The notes under the pieces: model-generated
The model's input: the letters and a program-made list of their open reading frames with translations, nothing else
What the model was told of the DNA's origin: nothing
The model's database searches: none
In this document: positions 1-9,660 of the stretch, piece by piece
Numbering within the stretch: position 1 is the first letter of the stretch
Layout: every line of letters starts with the position of its first letter
Position numbers and translations under genes: made by a program
Source: an uncultured Alphaproteobacteria bacterium
GTDB lineage: Bacteria > Pseudomonadota > Alphaproteobacteria > Bin95
Reading direction: 5' to 3'
Assembly: GCA_938083135.1 (NCBI GenBank)
Contig: CALLKY010000002.1
Location: 16,097 to 80,096 of the forward strand
DNA length: 64,000 nucleotides

Positions 1-2
1 CC

Positions 3-239
3 GTGCGTGGCTTGGAGGCCGCAGGGATTATGGAATCATCGCGGTCTCCCGGTGACAAGCGCGTGCTTGAACTCCATCTGACGCCCAGTGGAGAAGAGAT
101 TTATCAGCGAACCTTCCCCAAAATGCAGAAGCGCCAGGCGGCATTGTTGGATGCCTTGGACCCGGCGGAGCAAGATGTAATTTTTGGCATTCTCGATAAA
201 CTTGAGGTCGCAGCCGAAAAAAGGACCCATATTGCATGA
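3..239 (+). CDS. MarR-family transcriptional regulator, 5'-truncated by the window edge
   Basis: C-terminal winged-helix/dimerisation region typical of MarR. The stop overlaps the sulfatase start (ATGA at 236-239), suggesting translational coupling. Confidence 0.65.
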   Translation: MRGLEAAGIMESSRSPGDKRVLELHLTPSGEEIYQRTFPKMQKRQAALLDALDPAEQDVIFGILDKLEVAAEKRTHIA

Positions 240-1666
240 CGCAGAACCTGCTGGTCATCATTTCAGACGAGCATCAAGCGCGCACACTGGGTTGTGCTGG
301 ACATCCGTTTGTTCAAACGCCCAATCTTGATGCACTTGCCGCTCGCGGCACGCGGTTCGAAAATGCCTATACGCCGTCACCAATTTGCGTGCCAGCTAGG
401 GCCAGTTTTGCGACAGGGCTGTATCCCCATCAGACGCGTCTTTGGGATAATGCGATGCCGTATGCCGGGCAGATTCCCGGCTGGGGCCATGTTCTGCAAG
501 GCGCGGGTGTGCCTGTTGAAAGCGTTGGAAAGTTACACTATCGCGCCGAGGAAGATCCCGCAGGGTTCGATGTCGAGCACATCCCCATGATGGTAGCGGG
601 CGGCGTCGGCATGGTCTGGGCGTCTATTCGCAAAGAGAATGAACGCGTTGAGATGCCAAGTCGCATGCTCGGCGAATATATCGGTCCTGGCGATAGCAAA
701 TACACAGAATATGACGCCGCCGTCGTCGAGCGGACAGAGGAATGGATTGGCGCTCGGGCTGGGACCAAGGATCCGTGGTGCTTGTATGTTGGACTTGTGG
801 CACCGCATTTTCCATTGGTCGTCGCGCAGGAATTCTATGATTTGTATCCGCCAAGCACTTTGCCGCCTGTGAAACTACATCCGGATGACGGCTACAAGCG
901 TCATCCTTGGGTCGAGAAGCAGAACGCCTTTGCTAATAGCGAGGCAAAATTCCATGACGCAAAAGAACGGTTGGCGGCAATGTCGGCCTATTACGGGCTT
1001 TGTACATCGTTAGACCACAATATTGGCCGGATCATGGACGCACTCGGCGCGGCTGGCTTGGCTGATGATACAACGGTGATCTACGCGTCTGACCATGGCG
1101 ATAATCTTGGGGCGCGTGGCCTTTGGGGCAAGTCCAATATGTATGAGGAATCGGCCGCAGTGCCGTTGATTGTTGCCCGCCCAGGGCAGGTGGCGTCTGT
1201 GTGCGCCACGCCGGTTAGCCTCCTCGATATCTCTGCCACGATCCCGGATCACTTCGGCCTAGCGTTTGAGAATGAAGGCCCTGGTAAATCACTGTATCAA
1301 ATAGCGGACGAGCCAACGGATAACGCGCGATCTGTGTTTAGTGAGTACCACGCCGCAGGCGCCGTGACCGGCGCATTCATGTTACGGCGTGGACAATGGA
1401 AGCTGATCCATTATGTCGGGTTCGAACCGGAATTGTTCGACCTATCGGATGACCCGGAAGAATTAGCGAACCTGGCACAAGACCCTGAATACAAGGCAGT
1501 GCTTGAGGATATGACCCAGGCGCTTCATGCAATCTGCGACCCGGAAGCCGTGGATGCACAGGCGCATCAGGATCAAGCGGAAATGATAATGGGCTATGGC
1601 GGCAGGGACGCCGCGTTGAAATTGGGTGCAAATGCAGCAACGCCGCCGCCGGAAATCAAACCTTGA
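236..1666 (+). CDS. Sulfatase (formylglycine-dependent arylsulfatase/choline-sulfatase-like)
   Basis: 476-aa ORF. N-terminal CVPAR (C-x-P-x-R) formylglycine signature follows ...YTPSPICVPARASFATG. DHGD and Ca-binding region present. Confidence 0.85.
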   Translation: MTQNLLVIISDEHQARTLGCAGHPFVQTPNLDALAARGTRFENAYTPSPICVPARASFATGLYPHQTRLWDNAMPYAGQIPGWGHVLQGAGVPVESVGKLHYRAEEDPAGFDVEHIPMMVAGGVGMVWASIRKENERVEMPSRMLGEYIGPGDSKYTEYDAAVVERTEEWIGARAGTKDPWCLYVGLVAPHFPLVVAQEFYDLYPPSTLPPVKLHPDDGYKRHPWVEKQNAFANSEAKFHDAKERLAAMSAYYGLCTSLDHNIGRIMDALGAAGLADDTTVIYASDHGDNLGARGLWGKSNMYEESAAVPLIVARPGQVASVCATPVSLLDISATIPDHFGLAFENEGPGKSLYQIADEPTDNARSVFSEYHAAGAVTGAFMLRRGQWKLIHYVGFEPELFDLSDDPEELANLAQDPEYKAVLEDMTQALHAICDPEAVDAQAHQDQAEMIMGYGGRDAALKLGANAATPPPEIKP

Positions 1667-1747
1667 GTGCTTGGTAAATAGCCAAACACCTGGCGCTGTG
1701 ATCACACTTCCGATTGCCTATACTGAATGGGTCAAAGGGAGGGGCAT

Positions 1748-2707
1748 ATGTTCACATTAACGCTCGACGATATTTCGACCATCGGCCAAGGCATGCAGCG
1801 CCCAGAATGCGTTCTGGCCACAAAATCCGGTGATCTGTTCTGCTCTGACAGTCGCGGTGGGTACAATATCGTGAAGCCTGATGGGCAAAGCCGCTTCATC
1901 AAAGCCATTGGCGCACCAGATAATTTCATGCCCAATGGCATCGCACTCATGCCAAATCGGGACGTTCTTGCGGCCAATCTGGCGGATAGCAGCGGGGTGT
2001 GGCGCATCAAGCCGGATGGTCAGGCCAGTCTATTTCTGGACCAGGCAGACGGCGTTCCACTGCCACCGGTCAATTTTGTCGGGTTAGACACTAAGGGCCG
2101 GATATGGATTTCGGTTTCGACATGCGCTGTGCCGCGCCACCCAGCGTTCAAGAAAGGCCCTGGCGATGGGTTTGTTGCTGTGTACGACCAGGGCGTTGCG
2201 CGGATTGTGACGGACGGAATTGCCTTTACGAATGAGGCGATCGTCGATCCGACGGGGGAATGGCTTTATGTCAATGAAACCACTGGGCAATCCACTGCCC
2301 GCTATGCCATCCGTGCTGATGCATCTCTTGGCCCGCGGGAGACGGTGGCGGATTACCCACCAGGCACATTCCCAGATGGCTTCACCTTCGACGCAGATGG
2401 CGGCATTCTGATCGTTAGCGTCGCGAGCAATCGGATTATCCACGTCGACAAGCATGGCAAGCAGAGCATCGTCATTGAGGACGCAGATACGGACGCGGTG
2501 GAGCGATTGAACGCAGCGTTCGAGCAAGGTGAGGCGGTGCGCGAGATGATTGAAATTGGCAGCAAACGTAAGCTTCGTAATATCGCCAGTATTGGGTTTG
2601 GCGGGCGGGACCTGCAAACCGTCTATATGGGCTCACTCTCCCACGATGGCATTTTCGCATTCCGGTCGCCGATTAAAGGCGCGCCGCTCATCCATTGGGG
2701 TTTTTGA
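1748..2707 (+). CDS. SMP-30/gluconolactonase/LRE-family lactonase-like protein
   Basis: Beta-propeller lactonase-like sequence. The ATG at 1748 is preceded by a GGGAGGGG Shine-Dalgarno (1735-1742). The track start at 1727 would overlap that SD. Confidence 0.75.
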   Translation: MFTLTLDDISTIGQGMQRPECVLATKSGDLFCSDSRGGYNIVKPDGQSRFIKAIGAPDNFMPNGIALMPNRDVLAANLADSSGVWRIKPDGQASLFLDQADGVPLPPVNFVGLDTKGRIWISVSTCAVPRHPAFKKGPGDGFVAVYDQGVARIVTDGIAFTNEAIVDPTGEWLYVNETTGQSTARYAIRADASLGPRETVADYPPGTFPDGFTFDADGGILIVSVASNRIIHVDKHGKQSIVIEDADTDAVERLNAAFEQGEAVREMIEIGSKRKLRNIASIGFGGRDLQTVYMGSLSHDGIFAFRSPIKGAPLIHWGF

Positions 2708-2710
2708 TCC

Positions 2711-3940
2711 ATGGCCAACATGCCGCCTAAGGCCAATGTGGGAGAAGTCCTGCTCAATCCACTGGCTAACCTAGATGCACCTTATGGCGCTGCTAAAGCG
2801 GCAATCCTGAGCGATGCCGCGTTCGAGCAAGCACATGCGACGATATCGGCTTGGCCGGGCTACGCGCCAACGCCTCTATATGAGCTGAATGCCATGGCTG
2901 AAGCTGCTGGTGTCGCTGCTATCCATTATAAGGACGAAGGTGGGCGGTTTGGTCTTGGCAGCTTCAAGGCGCTTGGCGGTGCCTATGCTGTCGCACGATT
3001 GCTGTCACGGGAGATTGCGCGACGTGGGGGCGGGAATGAGCCGTCTATAGAAGCAATCCTTAGCGGCCAACATGCGGCCGTGATTTCTGAAATCACAGTC
3101 TGTTGCGCGACGGACGGCAATCATGGCCGCTCGGTCGCCTGGGGGGCTCGGACATTTGGCTGCGCCTGCGAAATATTCATTCACGCGACCGTAAGCGACG
3201 GGCGCAAGGCTGCCATTGAAGCTTATGGCGCGCGGGTAACGCGGACAGCTGGAAATTATGATGACAGCGTGCGGGAGGCCCAGGAAACGGCGGCCCGCGA
3301 AGGCTGGTTCGTTGTCTCCGATACGTCATACCCCGGATATACAGACGTGCCCAAGGACGTCATGCAAGGCTATGAATTGATGGCCGCAGAGGCGCTGGAC
3401 CAGATGAGTGCGCCGCCGACACATATCTTCCTGCAAACGGGTGTTGGCGGCATGGCGGCTGCGATTGCTGCTTTCTTTAAGCGCCGCTTTGGGAGCAAGC
3501 GCCCGCTGATGATCCTGGCGGACCCTGATCAATCAGCCTGCTGGGTTGAAAGCATCCGCAATGGTGCGCCAACAGCCGTTCATGGAGACTTGGATACGCT
3601 TATGGCTGGCTTGGCCTGTGGGGAGATATCACTGCTCGCCTGGGATATTCTCAAAGACACTGCAGATGCGGTGATCGCTGTGTCCGATGATCAGGCTGTC
3701 GCAATGATGCGTCAGCTGGCGGCACCAGAAGCTCCGGATCGCCCAATTGTTGCCGGGGAATCTGCAGTGGCAGGCTTGGCAGCGCTCATGCTGGCTGCAG
3801 GCGACCCGAGTGCGCGGGACGATCTTAAGCTAGGCCCGGATGCCCGCGTACTCGTAATCGGCACTGAGAGCGACACGGACCCTGGCCTTTATGAAGACTT
3901 GGTCGGGCGCTCTGGCGATGCAGTTCGCGCTTCTGCCTAA
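2711..3940 (+). CDS. PLP-dependent fold-type II enzyme, diaminopropionate ammonia-lyase-like
   Basis: LGSFKALGGAYAV lysine motif and glycine-rich PLP loop (QTGVGGMAAA). 409 aa, typical of DpaL-like proteins. Confidence 0.65.
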   Translation: MANMPPKANVGEVLLNPLANLDAPYGAAKAAILSDAAFEQAHATISAWPGYAPTPLYELNAMAEAAGVAAIHYKDEGGRFGLGSFKALGGAYAVARLLSREIARRGGGNEPSIEAILSGQHAAVISEITVCCATDGNHGRSVAWGARTFGCACEIFIHATVSDGRKAAIEAYGARVTRTAGNYDDSVREAQETAAREGWFVVSDTSYPGYTDVPKDVMQGYELMAAEALDQMSAPPTHIFLQTGVGGMAAAIAAFFKRRFGSKRPLMILADPDQSACWVESIRNGAPTAVHGDLDTLMAGLACGEISLLAWDILKDTADAVIAVSDDQAVAMMRQLAAPEAPDRPIVAGESAVAGLAALMLAAGDPSARDDLKLGPDARVLVIGTESDTDPGLYEDLVGRSGDAVRASA

Positions 3941-3941
3941 T

Positions 3942-4505
3942 CTACAAAGCCGCAACAAGGCGTTCTGCAAGGCCTTTCAGCATCCCAGCGGCTTTCTCAT
4001 CTTTGAGGGTGCCATCATCATTAAACGCCTGAAATGCGCCAGGCAGTGTCGCGAACCCAGGGACTGCGACTGCGCCAAGTTCGGCCAAGGCATCGCGTAG
4101 CCGCGGGATCACGCGAACGCCACCAAGCCCACCGGGAGACGCAGCTGCAATGGCGACGGGCTTGTTCGCATAGGCAGCGCATGAGATTTCATCGTTCTCT
4201 GGCCGAGACGTCCAGGCGAAGGTATTCACCAGCAGTGGCGGCGCGCAACCATTATATTCTGGCGTCACGATAAGCATGCCATCATGGGCCGCAATGAGTG
4301 CCTTTAAGTCCTGCATGGGCTTCGGCAGGCCTTCTGATGTTTCAATATCGCCGTCGTAAACGGGTGCTGGGAAGTCCGCCAGATCAATTAAGGTAACCGT
4401 GGCACCAGCGGTCTTGGCCGCTTCTGCTGCAACCGAAGCAAACTTCTTATTGACTGACCCTTTGCGGGCGCTACCAGCGAACACGAGTACTTTTTTAGCG
4501 GACAT
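3942..4505 (-). CDS. NADPH-dependent FMN reductase (flavodoxin-like fold)
   Basis: MSAKKVLVFAGSARKGSVNKK... N-terminus typical of SsuE/ArsH-type FMN reductases. Convergent with the upstream gene, with a 1-nt gap. Confidence 0.8.
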   Translation of the reverse strand: MSAKKVLVFAGSARKGSVNKKFASVAAEAAKTAGATVTLIDLADFPAPVYDGDIETSEGLPKPMQDLKALIAAHDGMLIVTPEYNGCAPPLLVNTFAWTSRPENDEISCAAYANKPVAIAAASPGGLGGVRVIPRLRDALAELGAVAVPGFATLPGAFQAFNDDGTLKDEKAAGMLKGLAERLVAAL

Positions 4506-4702
4506 TCAATTTCCCTCAATTGCCGAATTGGCTCTCTGCATAAGATCGTCCCGGCACCCGATTTGGCAAGTCCCGACTTGCAGGCGATTTGATGAATAGT
4601 CTATCGCCAGTGACGCCGGTTGATCAGCCCAGTAGGATTAGGCAATCGATGTGATGCCCCACAACGATTCACGTCCGTGACCGAATTGCCCAGGAGGCCC
4701 AA

Positions 4703-5419
4703 TTGATCGACCTTGAACGCCAAGATGACGTCTTTGTCCTGACGATGAACGCTGGCGAAAACCGTTGGACAACGAGCTTCGTCCGTGCCTTCGACGCCCA
4801 GTTGGATGAAGTGTTGGCTTCTGACGGCCCTGCTGCATTGGTTACGACATCTGCAGACGCCAAGTTCTTCTCCAACGGCTTAGACGTTGATTGGCGCAAA
4901 GCTGAAGGTGATGGTGAGGGCGGAGATAAGTCCGTGTTTGGGGTCGAGTTCATGGCGCTGATGGCGCGCATGATCACGTTGCCTATCCCAACAGTCGCCG
5001 CCGTCAACGGTCACGCATTTGGGGCTGGGTTCATGTTGGCGCTTTGCCACGATATGCGGGTAATGCGCGCGGATCGGGGATTTATCTGCGCCAATGAGAT
5101 CCAGATCGGCCTGAGAATACCTGATGAAGAATTCGCGCTCTTCCGGCACAAAATGTCGGGCAGTGCGTTCTTTGATACGATCCAGCTTGCACGCCGCTGG
5201 ACGGGACCAGAAGCCGAAGCTGCGGGGTTCGTTCGGGCGACAGCATCGCAGGATCAATTGCTCGATCTTGCAATCAAGCATGCCGGGCAGCTAGCGCCGC
5301 TTGGGGCCAACCGGGCGCTGTATGAAGACTCAAAGGAACGCATCTTTGGCGAAGCGCCGTCGATCAATAGGGCATCTGGTGCTGCGCATCTGCTCCGCAA
5401 TTTCAAAGGCCACGCATGA
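4703..5419 (+). CDS. Enoyl-CoA hydratase/isomerase-family protein (TTG start)
   Basis: Crotonase-fold sequence. TTG start at 4703 is preceded by a perfect AGGAGG (4692-4697) at 5-nt spacing. Confidence 0.75.
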   Translation: MIDLERQDDVFVLTMNAGENRWTTSFVRAFDAQLDEVLASDGPAALVTTSADAKFFSNGLDVDWRKAEGDGEGGDKSVFGVEFMALMARMITLPIPTVAAVNGHAFGAGFMLALCHDMRVMRADRGFICANEIQIGLRIPDEEFALFRHKMSGSAFFDTIQLARRWTGPEAEAAGFVRATASQDQLLDLAIKHAGQLAPLGANRALYEDSKERIFGEAPSINRASGAAHLLRNFKGHA

Positions 5420-5432
5420 TGGATTCAGGCTT

Positions 5433-5747
5433 ATGAGCTTTAGAAGCATTATCCGATTTCAAGTGAAGCCGGGCATGGGTGCTGCCTTTGAGGCTGCGTT
5501 CGCCCAATGCCAGATGCTGGATCGCCCCTCTACAATTGAAGGGTTTGTCATGGCGGAATTGGTGCGCTGCGTTACAGAACCGCTTGAATATCACGTGATC
5601 GGTGAGTGGGCGACGGAGCAAGCCTATGCGGATTGGCAGGCTATCTCGCATGAAGGGGCTGATCCTGCGGCAGTCGAGGCACTGAATGCGACGCTGGCAC
5701 ATTGGGCACCGGGCCGGTTGTTTGCGCCCGTCGCACGGTCCGCTTAG
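5433..5747 (+). CDS. Antibiotic-biosynthesis-monooxygenase (ABM) domain protein
   Basis: ~105 aa ferredoxin-like ABM fold (MSFRSIIRFQVKPG...). Internal ATG at 5433 chosen over the 5301 track start, which overlaps the upstream gene. Confidence 0.6.
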   Translation: MSFRSIIRFQVKPGMGAAFEAAFAQCQMLDRPSTIEGFVMAELVRCVTEPLEYHVIGEWATEQAYADWQAISHEGADPAAVEALNATLAHWAPGRLFAPVARSA

Positions 5748-6721
5748 GGAATTAGGACCAGCGCGCCACCGCCCGTTCGACCTTCCAGAATATCGTGTGC
5801 CTTGGATGCATCTGCGAGCGGCAGAGGCATCGGCGTATCGGGCTTTAGAATACCTGTCCCGAGCATATCAAAGACCGTTTGAGCCATGCTTTGATATTGT
5901 GCAGGATCGGCCATGTAGTGGAACAGGATGGGCCGCGAAACGGTCAATGAATTGGCTGCAAGAGTCGTCATCGCCAGCGGTTCAACGGGGCCGGAGGATT
6001 GGCCGTAGTTTACCAGATGACCGCAGGGGACCAAGCATTCTAGCGAGCTCGAGAATGTGTCTGCGCCGACGGAATCATAAGCCACATCAACGCCACGCCC
6101 CTTGGTTATTTCCATCACGGCCGCTTTGAATTCAGTCTCGCGGTACAGGATTGTGTGGGCGCAGCCGGATGCCTTCGCCGCTGCTGCCTTATCCTCAGAA
6201 CCAACTGTGCCGATGACTGTTGCGCCGATATGGGCGGTCCATTGGCAGAGTAAGCGCCCAACGCCGCCAGCTGCAGCATGCACCAGGATGGTCATCCCCG
6301 CTTCAATACGGTGAACGCGGCCTACCAGCATCTCAACAGTGAGCGCGCGCAGAAGCGTGGTTCCTGCCAGGAGGTCGCTGACGATATCTGGCAGCTTTAG
6401 CGCTTGAATGGCTGGGAGGAGCCGTTCGGAGGCATAGGCCCCATAGGTGCTCGTCACATAAGCCACGCGATCCCCAATTTGGAAATCATTGACACCGGGT
6501 CCGATAGCGACAATTTCACCCGCCGCCTCGCACCCAGGCACACCAGGAAGTGCCAGGGTCTTATAGAGGCCAGAGCGCACATAGACATCATGGTAATTCA
6601 CGCCAATTGCTGTCTGCCGAATGCGAAGTTCGCCAGGGCCGGGCGCGCCTATCTCCACTGTTACAGCTTTGAGTACGCTGGAAGGGCCATATTCGCGAAC
6701 GGTAATAGCTTCAGCCATCAT
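5744..6721 (-). CDS. NADPH:quinone oxidoreductase (MDR superfamily, zinc-independent)
   Basis: MMAEAITVREYGPSSVLK... with AAGGVG Rossmann motif. GGGAGA SD upstream of the ATG at 6721. The track N-terminal extension was rejected. Confidence 0.85.
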   Translation of the reverse strand: MMAEAITVREYGPSSVLKAVTVEIGAPGPGELRIRQTAIGVNYHDVYVRSGLYKTLALPGVPGCEAAGEIVAIGPGVNDFQIGDRVAYVTSTYGAYASERLLPAIQALKLPDIVSDLLAGTTLLRALTVEMLVGRVHRIEAGMTILVHAAAGGVGRLLCQWTAHIGATVIGTVGSEDKAAAAKASGCAHTILYRETEFKAAVMEITKGRGVDVAYDSVGADTFSSSLECLVPCGHLVNYGQSSGPVEPLAMTTLAANSLTVSRPILFHYMADPAQYQSMAQTVFDMLGTGILKPDTPMPLPLADASKAHDILEGRTGGGALVLIP

Positions 6722-6731
6722 GGTCTCCCGA

Positions 6732-7778
6732 TCAGGTAACAGCGATGCCGCCGCGACGGGCACCAGCCGCGATATTCTTCCAAAGGACAGCATGATCTGC
6801 TGGCAATGCCCGGCTATTTGGCATGGTGAGCCAGAGCCGATGGAGCAAGCGGGCCTGGCCGGATGCAGCATCATCCTCAAAGGCCGCGCGGGCATGATAG
6901 GTGATATGGCTGTTGATCAGTTGGATATCCCCCGGTTTCAGCATCATGGCGTGGGCAAGGTCTGCGGCGGTTTCGGCCAGCAGGTCCAGCGCCTCCCATT
7001 GGGCATCTGTCATGCGCGGTGTTTCCGGCATCAGCTGCGCTGCTTCCACATAGGTTCTGGAATAATGGCTGGTGAGTTTGCCGTCCTCAACGCCGAACAC
7101 GGGCAGCCGATAAACTTCATCACCGCCGCCTACTTCTTCGCCAAGGCGAGAGCGGTAGATTGGCTGATACAACAGATCAAGTAAGTCCGGCCGACGCTTC
7201 AGGATCGCGTTGTGGACGGCGGCCGTGCTGGCGACATTGCTCTCACCGCCAGACGCTGATCGTTGTGCCATGAGCAATCCCACAACGTCCGTTCTGTCCG
7301 TGTGGTAGCGCAATAAGCCGTTGCTGTAGGTTCGTGCTTTGGAGGAGAGGAACTCGCCGCCGCTCGCGTCCTCCATGCGCTCGTGCTTAGCGCCGAGGTC
7401 GCCTGGCTGCGCCTGGATATCGCGCATCATCTGGCCGGTGTTATCTTGGGGGACTGGCAGGCCGATCCAATGACCCAGGCCCATCCAGATCATGCGCCGG
7501 TCATCTTCCGAATAACGATCTATGGGCAAGCCTTCCAGCAGGACAAAGCCACGACCGTTTTCTAATTCATCGGCAGCGCGCGCAAGCTTTGCGGCGACAG
7601 CTTGCAGGGGGAAAGTGTCCCGCGTCACAGCAAGCCAGCCCGCGCCATCCGCTTTAGCAACACTAAGGGCAGCATCTATTTCAGCAAGTTCATCTTTTGC
7701 CCAAGGCCAGCGCCAGCTTTGGTCTACCTCCAGGTCAGCGCCGGTCCATACGGATGGGCCTTCAAATGGCTTGTACAT
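6732..7778 (-). CDS. TauD/TfdA-family Fe(II)/2-oxoglutarate dioxygenase
   Basis: HTDRTDVVGLL (HxD) plus a distal His, and overall TauD-like layout. 11 nt upstream of the QOR gene on the same strand. Confidence 0.8.
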   Translation of the reverse strand: MYKPFEGPSVWTGADLEVDQSWRWPWAKDELAEIDAALSVAKADGAGWLAVTRDTFPLQAVAAKLARAADELENGRGFVLLEGLPIDRYSEDDRRMIWMGLGHWIGLPVPQDNTGQMMRDIQAQPGDLGAKHERMEDASGGEFLSSKARTYSNGLLRYHTDRTDVVGLLMAQRSASGGESNVASTAAVHNAILKRRPDLLDLLYQPIYRSRLGEEVGGGDEVYRLPVFGVEDGKLTSHYSRTYVEAAQLMPETPRMTDAQWEALDLLAETAADLAHAMMLKPGDIQLINSHITYHARAAFEDDAASGQARLLHRLWLTMPNSRALPADHAVLWKNIAAGARRGGIAVT

Positions 7779-7796
7779 GGCGCTTCTCCGGCGTGT

Positions 7797-8816
7797 TTAT
7801 GTGGATTGCACGGCAGTCCGGCGTGCTTTCATCCGCTCGCGCATCTGCTTCTGCGCGGCGTCAGTGCCGTCGTGGAAAGTGCCGAAAACCCTGTCCAGTG
7901 GGAGGAGGCTGCCGCCGTAATTGCACTCAAAATTCTTGTGATGCAGGTAGTGGAAGTGCGACCCACCATCTATTTCCAGCGTGTCACCGACCTGCAGCTT
8001 GTCATAGCCTGAATGGGATAGGGCGGGCAGAAAGGCTGCTAGGTGCAATTGATACAGCGCGTTCAACGGATGCAACGCCAGCACCCACGGCACGAGGATG
8101 GTCGAGAAATATATGAGATGCTCTATCGGATGCATCGCAAGGCCAGACCAAGGCCCCACATCAACATTCTTGTGATGCACAGAATGGACTGTCTTGTAGA
8201 GCCAGCGGACATGCAGCAGCCGATGGCCAAGATAAAAATGTACCGCATGAATGAACGGTGCCAGCAAAACCATCAGCGCAAACCAACCCCAAAACAGGGC
8301 CTGATTGGCACCAAAATCGAACAGGCCCAAATATCCATTGGCGAACAACCAATATGTGGCGACCTCATAGGCCGTAATGATCGGCACGGAGGAGGCCAGG
8401 GTGCGGACCATGTTGTCCAACACCTGATCCTTGAACAGAAACCGCCTGGAACCCTTGGCGAAAGGTCGTGTGGTGTAGCGCAGGTCATCCTGTTGTCGCC
8501 GGAAGACGTAGAAATACAAATGCATGCCGCCAAAGCAGGCCAGGATCAGCGCCGCGTTTCTGGCGAAAATTAGCGCTATCCACGAAACTTCCAGCGTCTG
8601 CATTTGTACTAGGCTTGGCGTTAGCCAGGTCCAGGTGACAACGGCCACCAGTAGCCAGAATGCATTATACGGCCAAAGAAACCCTGGGAACCGGAACGCC
8701 CACTTCGCTACCTTTTTGGGCGCTGGTGGCCATGCATTGATCGGGGCGAGCTCTATGGCACCATCTGGCCGCCATTCGCCAGCGGCGTTCCGCTCGTCCG
8801 TTGATGATCCGGCCAT
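7797..8816 (-). CDS. Fatty acid hydroxylase/sterol desaturase-family integral membrane protein
   Basis: Histidine boxes (HRLLH, HSVHHKN, HFHYLHHKN) and several hydrophobic segments. Confidence 0.8.
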   Translation of the reverse strand: MAGSSTDERNAAGEWRPDGAIELAPINAWPPAPKKVAKWAFRFPGFLWPYNAFWLLVAVVTWTWLTPSLVQMQTLEVSWIALIFARNAALILACFGGMHLYFYVFRRQQDDLRYTTRPFAKGSRRFLFKDQVLDNMVRTLASSVPIITAYEVATYWLFANGYLGLFDFGANQALFWGWFALMVLLAPFIHAVHFYLGHRLLHVRWLYKTVHSVHHKNVDVGPWSGLAMHPIEHLIYFSTILVPWVLALHPLNALYQLHLAAFLPALSHSGYDKLQVGDTLEIDGGSHFHYLHHKNFECNYGGSLLPLDRVFGTFHDGTDAAQKQMRERMKARRTAVQST

Positions 8817-8940
8817 TTTGCGGCTCCATCCTGTGTGGGTCGAGTTTAGCGCCCTGACGTTCTGGGCTGCAACAGACTGGCGCGCTGGATAGATGTTTGG
8901 CTAAGCTTTCGGCCATTCCCTCAATGGTAGGACGATCAAC

Positions 8941-9660
8941 ATGACTGAATACGCCCTCGTCACTGGCGCATCCCGCAATATTGGCCGTGCGATTGCGGCC
9001 CGCCTCAAAGCCGATGGATACAGCGTGATTATGCTGGATGTTATGGACCCGGAAGATCCATCTTTAGGTGAATTCCGCCGTGTTGATCTGAGCAATGTCG
9101 CTGATACCGCTCAAGCGATGGCATGGGTGCTGGATAATCGCGAGGTCACCCGCGTTGTGAACTGCGCCGGGATCGTAACGACCCATCCGGTTGAGGAGGT
9201 TGAAGCGGATACATTCGACCAGCTGATGGCCGTGAATGTGCGATCCTATATCGAAGTTATGAAAGCGCTGGTGCCGGGCATGAAAAAAGCCGGGTTCGGG
9301 CGGGTTGTGAACATTGCTAGTCGCTCATCCCTCGGCGCAGCGCAGCAGACGGTTTATGCGGCGTCCAAAGCTGCTGTAGTGGGCCTCACCAAAAGCTGGG
9401 CGGAGGAATTGGCGGCGGATGGCATTACCGTCAACGCTGTCGGGCCAGGGCCGATCGAGACGGACATGTTGAACAAAGTCTACGGCAAGGATTCACCCGC
9501 ATATAACGCGTATCGGGATCGTATTCCCGTACAGCGCTTCGGCACCGTGGATGATATCGCACACGGCGTCAGCTTCTTCATGGATGTGCGTTCAAGCTTC
9601 GTGACGGGGCAGGTGCTGTATATCTGCGGCGGCGTCACCATAGGGCGGGCGAACGCTTAA
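8941..9660 (+). CDS. SDR-family oxidoreductase
   Basis: TGASRNIGRAIA glycine motif and YAASK catalytic motif. Confidence 0.85.
   Translation: MTEYALVTGASRNIGRAIAARLKADGYSVIMLDVMDPEDPSLGEFRRVDLSNVADTAQAMAWVLDNREVTRVVNCAGIVTTHPVEEVEADTFDQLMAVNVRSYIEVMKALVPGMKKAGFGRVVNIASRSSLGAAQQTVYAASKAAVVGLTKSWAEELAADGITVNAVGPGPIETDMLNKVYGKDSPAYNAYRDRIPVQRFGTVDDIAHGVSFFMDVRSSFVTGQVLYICGGVTIGRANA

Noticed and set aside
4506-4702. 197-bp spacer with small ORFs (4399-4599 plus strand, 4638-4838 minus strand), as a possible hidden small gene or sRNA
   Set aside because: The ORFs lack SD motifs and span the promoter region. No convincing hairpin-plus-U-tract or conserved-looking structure was found by eye.
5301-5432. 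44-aa N-terminal extension of the ABM-domain ORF overlapping the enoyl-CoA hydratase 3' end
   Set aside because: The extension is basic and low-complexity and overlaps the upstream gene by 119 nt. The internal Met gives a typical ~105-aa ABM protein.
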